DNA of 32,000 nucleotides from Nitrosospira multiformis ATCC 25196 (GTDB taxonomy: Bacteria > Pseudomonadota > Gammaproteobacteria > Burkholderiales > Nitrosomonadaceae): contig NC_007614.1 of assembly GCF_000196355.1 (NCBI RefSeq), positions 960,001 to 992,000 of the forward strand, written 5' to 3'. The position numbers were made by a program, and so were the translations under genes. Below the pieces are notes generated by a model, which was given only the letters and a program-made list of their open reading frames with translations, had not been told where the DNA came from and did no database searches. Below are positions 28,379 to 32,000 of this stretch, piece by piece. The first letter of the stretch is position 1. Every line of letters starts with the position of its first letter.

Positions 28379-28860
28379 TGACCGGGTTGAGGGGCTACCT
28401 GCAGCCAGCCTTCCGGGCAATTTTTGACATAGGGATAATAGCCTTCGGGATTGCGGCAATAATGCCAGTAACTGGCCGCCGGCGGCTGGGGTTGGGATTG
28501 GATCACCGGCGGCTGCTGAATGTAAACAGGGGGCTGTGCCGGCGTTACAACCACTGGCGCCAGAGGGGGATACGCATAGCCGGGCGTGTAGCCATACCAG
28601 GGGGTAAACCCGTAAGCCGGATAGCTGTAGGGCGCGTACCCGTACGGCGGCCCGTAGCGGTAATAAGGTGGATAGTAGGGTCCTCTGCCGTAGTAACCCA
28701 GGCCATAGCCGCCCAATACCCCCAGTCCGAAAGCCAATCCGGGGCCGTGCCAATGGCCCCCGTGACCTCCGTAATGACCTCCTCTGTCTGCCCATGCCGC
28801 AGTTGCCGAAAACGATCCGAGCAAAATGAGGAAAGCATATATGAATCCCTTTTTTTTCAT
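28375..28860 (-). CDS. Secreted His/Gly/Tyr/Pro-rich low-complexity protein with a C-terminal CxxPxGYYPYVxxCPxGW motif
   Basis: ATG at 28860 (MKKKGFIYAFLILLGSFSATAAWA) with GGAG 6 nt upstream. After the signal peptide come GGHYGGHGGHWHG, a G/Y/P-rich region and a P/Q/V-rich linker. It ends in SYWHYCRNPEGYYPYVKNCPEGWLQVAPQP. Confidence 0.65.
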   Translation of the reverse strand: MKKKGFIYAFLILLGSFSATAAWADRGGHYGGHGGHWHGPGLAFGLGVLGGYGLGYYGRGPYYPPYYRYGPPYGYAPYSYPAYGFTPWYGYTPGYAYPPLAPVVVTPAQPPVYIQQPPVIQSQPQPPAASYWHYCRNPEGYYPYVKNCPEGWLQVAPQPGQ

Positions 28861-29302
28861 GCCAGTCTCCACTTTGCGATTCCAGCCATTGAAATTACTC
28901 CTTCCTTTCCATGTATGATTTGGACCGTTCCATGAGCAAAAAAAATTCTGGCTGGATCGATGTTAATACGGATATAACGCATCACCGGCACTTTGGTTGT
29001 CATACTTGAATAATCTCTGGCAAGTCTGGATTTTCCGCTTTTTTGAAGCAAGAACGGTAGAGCTTCGAGTTCCGAGTGGAGTAGCTGGGCGTGCTTCGTC
29101 GTTAAATCGAAATAGAGAGGGTTTCCCGCTTTCGCGGGCATGACGGCATCTCGATAGACCGATGCCCGGGAGCCCTTCGGTTTTGGTCCTGACTGCTAAT
29201 TTATTCCGGACAGAAGGGTGTTTTTGCAGGAAAGACGGTGCCAAGAAGGAAAAACGGCTTCTTCTTTCGCCGCTCAGGCTCTCCTTGTTGGAGTGCAGGC
29301 TC

Positions 29303-29308
29303 TATAAT
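29303..29308 (+). promoter_or_regulatory. Consensus -10 hexamer TATAAT 8 nt upstream of the prpD ATG (possible leaderless or near-leaderless transcript)
   Basis: TATAAT at 29303-29308 and ATG at 29317. No purine-rich SD lies in between (ATGGGCCC). There is no convincing -35 at 17-nt spacing and no TG extension. Confidence 0.25.
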
Positions 29309-29316
29309 ATGGGCCC

Positions 29317-30768
29317 ATGTCATCCGCGTCCTCCCACATTCGTCCCCAGCCTGACCAGGTTCTGGTCGACATTGCAGATTATGTGGTGGGACGGGATATT
29401 CAAAGCGATCTGGCTTACGCTACCGCCCGTCACTGCCTGATGGATTCCCTGGGGTGCGCCATGGAAGCGCTTGCGTATCCGGCCTGCACCAAGCTGCTTG
29501 GGCCGCTCGTGCCCGAGGCTGCCGAATCTGAGGGCGGCGCGAGGATTCCGGGTACCCAGTTTCAGTTCAATCCGGTGGAAGCGGCATTCAATATCGGCAC
29601 GATGATTCGCTGGCTCGATTTCAACGATACCTGGCTGGCTGCGGAATGGGGTCATCCATCGGATAACCTGGGGGCCATACTGGCTGTAGCCGACTGGCTT
29701 TCGCGCAGTGCCACGAGCGGGAGGCGGCGGCCGCTTATGCGCGATGTGTTGACCGCGATGATAAAGGCATACGAGATCCAGGGTTGCTTCGCTTTGGAAA
29801 ACAGCTTCAACAGGGTGGGCCTGGATCATGTGGTGCTGGTTAAAGTTGCCTCCACAGCCGTCGTAACGCATCTGCTGGGCGGCAGCCGTAAACAGATCGT
29901 CGATGCGCTTTCCCAGGCGTGGGTGGACGGGCAGGCACTTCGCACGTATCGTCATGCCCCCAACACCGGCTCGCGCAAATCCTGGGCTGCGGGGGATGCC
30001 ACCAGTCGTGCGGTATGGCTTGCGCTGATCACACTCAAGGGGGAGCCAGGCTATCCTTCAGCGCTTACCGCGAAAACCTGGGGGTTCTACGATGTGCTGT
30101 TCAAGGGAGAACCTTTCAAATTCCAGAGGCCCATCGAACGATGGCATTCCTATGTAATGGAGAATGTGCTGCTCAAGATTTCGTTCCCCGCCGAATTCCA
30201 CTCCCAGACAGCGGCGGAGTGTGCGATGCAGCTATACCCGCACGTGAAGGACCGGATTGCCGATATCCGGAAAATAACGATCCGCACCCACGAGGCCGCG
30301 ATTCGTATCATCGACAAGAAGGGGCCGCTCAGCAGCCCGGCCGACCGCGACCATTGCATGCAGTATATCGTGGCAGTGGCCCTTATTTTCGGCAGGCTTA
30401 CCTCTGCCGATTATGAGGATGGCGTGGCCGCCGACCCTCGCATAGATGCGTTGCGGGACAAGATAATCTGTATTGAGGATCCGTGCTTCACAAAGGATTA
30501 TTACGATCCCGAAAAACGCTCCATCGCAAACGGTCTCACCCTTGAATTCAGGGACGGCAGTAAACTGGAGGAAGTGGTGGTGGAGTATCCCATCGGCCAC
30601 AGGTTGCGTCGAAGCGAAGGCATTCCGCTACTGGAAGAAAAATTTAGAATCAATCTTGGGCGGCGTTTCCCCGCCCAGCAGTGCGAGGCAATCATGAATG
30701 CCTGTCATGATCAAGGCAGGCTGGAAGCAATGCCGGTTCACGAGTTTATCGATCTGTTTGTGATTTAG
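29317..30768 (+). CDS. prpD: 2-methylcitrate dehydratase
   Basis: 483 aa, collinear from the first residues with E. coli PrpD as I recall it (M-S-..-I-R-P-..-D-..-V-D-I-.-D-Y-V; [21 protein letters not shown]; [25 protein letters not shown]; EYPIGH). Confidence 0.93.
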   Translation: MSSASSHIRPQPDQVLVDIADYVVGRDIQSDLAYATARHCLMDSLGCAMEALAYPACTKLLGPLVPEAAESEGGARIPGTQFQFNPVEAAFNIGTMIRWLDFNDTWLAAEWGHPSDNLGAILAVADWLSRSATSGRRRPLMRDVLTAMIKAYEIQGCFALENSFNRVGLDHVVLVKVASTAVVTHLLGGSRKQIVDALSQAWVDGQALRTYRHAPNTGSRKSWAAGDATSRAVWLALITLKGEPGYPSALTAKTWGFYDVLFKGEPFKFQRPIERWHSYVMENVLLKISFPAEFHSQTAAECAMQLYPHVKDRIADIRKITIRTHEAAIRIIDKKGPLSSPADRDHCMQYIVAVALIFGRLTSADYEDGVAADPRIDALRDKIICIEDPCFTKDYYDPEKRSIANGLTLEFRDGSKLEEVVVEYPIGHRLRRSEGIPLLEEKFRINLGRRFPAQQCEAIMNACHDQGRLEAMPVHEFIDLFVI

Positions 30769-32000
30769 GTGAGCTGGTTGCTGCTTCCGGATGTGTAACT
30801 TGAGGCGGGGTGAGTTCCCTTTCGGTGAAGTCGTGACCGCTCCCCTGCCGGGAAGAGTTTGTATCCAGCAGTATCCGGAGAGTATTGAGCCTCAATCTCC
30901 ACGAAGCGACGGTTGCCGGGTCTGCTGACAGGGCGGCTAGCAATTGTTCCACTCCGTCGGTATGGGAGGTGTCGCAGGTGGAGAAGAAACAGCGAAGTTC
31001 CTCACTGTTCGTGATGCCTGTCCGCTGCGCGAAGCCGGGATAATCTTCGCGCAGATGAGAAGCCAGCCATGCCTGATCGATCCATTGCTTCAACTGGCTA
31101 TAGCTGAAGCAGGTGCGTATCGCGAGATCCACAGGGTCAGCATTGCTGAGGTTTTCGATATTATCGAACCCTTCCCGCTCCAGTCTCAATTCGTGCGAGT
31201 AGCTCATTCCTGCCAGCATGGAAAGCGGCAGCGCGCGGTAGCTCATGGTGGGAATGATTCCTCTGGTCAGTTTAATGACGATCCGCTCAATTCCGAGTGC
31301 AGTCCGTTTCGGATAGAAACCGAGAAAGAAAGCAACAAGAGGCAGGAGGCTCAATCTGGCAGGCAACGGGACTTCCTGTTTCGAAAGGAGTTTTTCGCTA
31401 TTGCCTGATCTTTCAGGAGATGTGGTTTCTCCGGATTCCTCACCGGTAGAAGGCGTTGAGGGTGGGGGGAGCGCGGGTGTCGTGGCATTCACGTCGGAGG
31501 GCGCAGCGGTTGAGGGGGCAGTTGAGGACACATTCACATCGAGTTCGTGTGGCAGCAGCAGATCGAACGCAAAGGAGAGCACCAGCGCCAGCAGGCTTGC
31601 GACGATCATGCGGATAGCGCCATCGACGAACGTATTGGAAGTCAGGTCCATGGTGAAGTAGGCACGGACGACAGAGCCGATGAAATAGACGTAAGCGCCA
31701 AGGAATCCGAACTGGAAAGCCGTCAGGTTGCGGACCAGGTGGGAATAATAGGAACCATTACCCGTTTCATACAGTTCCATGAAGGGGCCCATCATCAACA
31801 TGTTCGCCCCGAGACTGAAATCCACCCCAAGTTCCGCAGACGAGGAAACGGGCTTGAACAGCAGCAGAATGGAACTACCGAGCAGCACGACGACCGTGGT
31901 CAGGCAGACGCTTCCCCTGTAAGTGCCAAAGGAAGCCCGTCGTCCCATCCGCTGACGGATTTCGCCGCGCCGCTCAGGTGGAACGTCGCGGTATAAACGC
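30746..32000 (-). CDS. Uncharacterised multi-pass membrane protein with a Pro/Ser/Thr-rich linker and a C-terminal soluble domain; possibly 5'-truncated by the window edge
   Basis: The track ORF is 30746..31948 (400 aa), but the frame stays open upstream to position 32000, so the true start may lie outside. There are about 3 TM segments, a linker ([39 protein letters not shown]) and another TM segment. The following ~200-aa domain has an HhH-like stretch ([40 protein letters not shown]). The 3' end overlaps the prpD 3' end by 23 nt. Confidence 0.6.
   Translation of the reverse strand, partial: RLYRDVPPERRGEIRQRMGRRASFGTYRGSVCLTTVVVLLGSSILLLFKPVSSSAELGVDFSLGANMLMMGPFMELYETGNGSYYSHLVRNLTAFQFGFLGAYVYFIGSVVRAYFTMDLTSNTFVDGAIRMIVASLLALVLSFAFDLLLPHELDVNVSSTAPSTAAPSDVNATTPALPPPSTPSTGEESGETTSPERSGNSEKLLSKQEVPLPARLSLLPLVAFFLGFYPKRTALGIERIVIKLTRGIIPTMSYRALPLSMLAGMSYSHELRLEREGFDNIENLSNADPVDLAIRTCFSYSQLKQWIDQAWLASHLREDYPGFAQRTGITNSEELRCFFSTCDTSHTDGVEQLLAALSADPATVASWRLRLNTLRILLDTNSSRQGSGHDFTERELTPPQVTHPEAATSSPKSQTDR

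Noticed and set aside
28379-28795. N-terminal 139 codons of the 361-aa minus-strand ORF 27710..28795
   Set aside because: This Arg-rich, featureless stretch overlaps, in another frame, the gene with a clear signal peptide and conserved C-terminal motif. A lipoprotein signal peptide begins at the internal ATG 28378, which forms an ATGA overlap with the upstream stop.
28378-28935. 185-aa + strand ORF and other alternative-frame ORFs (28545..28838, 27725..28294, 27793..28056) across the low-complexity genes
   Set aside because: These are by-products of the Gly/Pro/Tyr codon repetition. They have no start context or signal sequences.
29190-29215. Possible sigma54 (-24/-12) promoter TGGTCCTGACTGCT upstream of prpD
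   Set aside because: The GG-to-GC spacing is 2 nt too short for the TGGCAC-N5-TTGC consensus, and no PrpR-like activator gene is in the window.
28857-29244. Minus-strand ORFs 28857..29141 and 28963..29244, and + ORF 29162..29440, upstream of prpD
   Set aside because: They have no motifs or start signals and overlap each other. One runs out of frame into prpD. The region is more plausibly promoter or intergenic sequence.
25000-29400. Search for a canonical partner of the SIR2-like gene (TIR/ThsB, HerA, Argonaute, SLOG, helicase/nuclease)
   Set aside because: No ORF in the flanks shows P-loop, TIR, PIWI or nuclease motifs. The neighbours are prpC, two secreted low-complexity proteins and prpD. 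I therefore do not call Thoeris, SIR2-HerA, SPARSA or DSR.
1-32000. tRNA, rRNA, CRISPR arrays, IS elements, integrases, long inverted or direct repeats
   Set aside because: None were recognised by eye. The only clear repeat is the 16-bp tandem array at 24566-24621. A computational repeat, tRNAscan or Rfam pass would be needed to exclude small elements.

Overview
The window looks like a chromosomal segment of a moderately GC-rich proteobacterium. The gene order sdhCDAB-sdhE-gltA-sucAB-lpdA with a divergent mdh resembles Betaproteobacteria; that is inference from memory, not a search result. Features from left to right follow. (1) 1-2331: the tail of a Cys-rich CDS, a truncated GH79/heparanase-like remnant, and two paralogous DUF1269-type membrane proteins. 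(2) 2426-8546: a complete tripartite RND efflux operon (adaptor, pump, NodT-type outer-membrane factor). (3) 8547-9300: a gene-decay zone holding a chimeric junction of two Rossmann-enzyme fragments. (4) 9465-11457: an M20 amidohydrolase and a TRIC/UPF0126 channel. (5) 11626-22298, minus strand: the TCA super-cluster lpdA-sucB-sucA-gltA-sdhE-sdhB-sdhA-sdhD-sdhC. (6) 22671-25771: mdh-prpB-prpC, tightly linked. (7) 25772-29316: a 3545-nt block that separates prpC from prpD. (8) 29317 to the right edge: prpD, then a convergent, overlapping membrane-protein gene that is still open at the window edge. The most interesting region is the block between prpC and prpD. It contains an A+T-rich spacer with almost no ORFs, an orphan compact SIR2_2-type (defence-style NADase-like) gene with an unassignable N-terminal region and internal insert, and a translationally coupled pair of low-complexity secreted proteins. 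One of these is a His/Gly/Tyr/Pro-rich protein ending in a CxxPxGYYPYVxxCPxGW motif. The other is a glycine-zipper lipoprotein with a polyproline tail. I saw no tRNA, rRNA, CRISPR array, transposase or integrase. All family assignments come from motif recognition by eye; no HMM or BLAST search, or GC computation, was possible.
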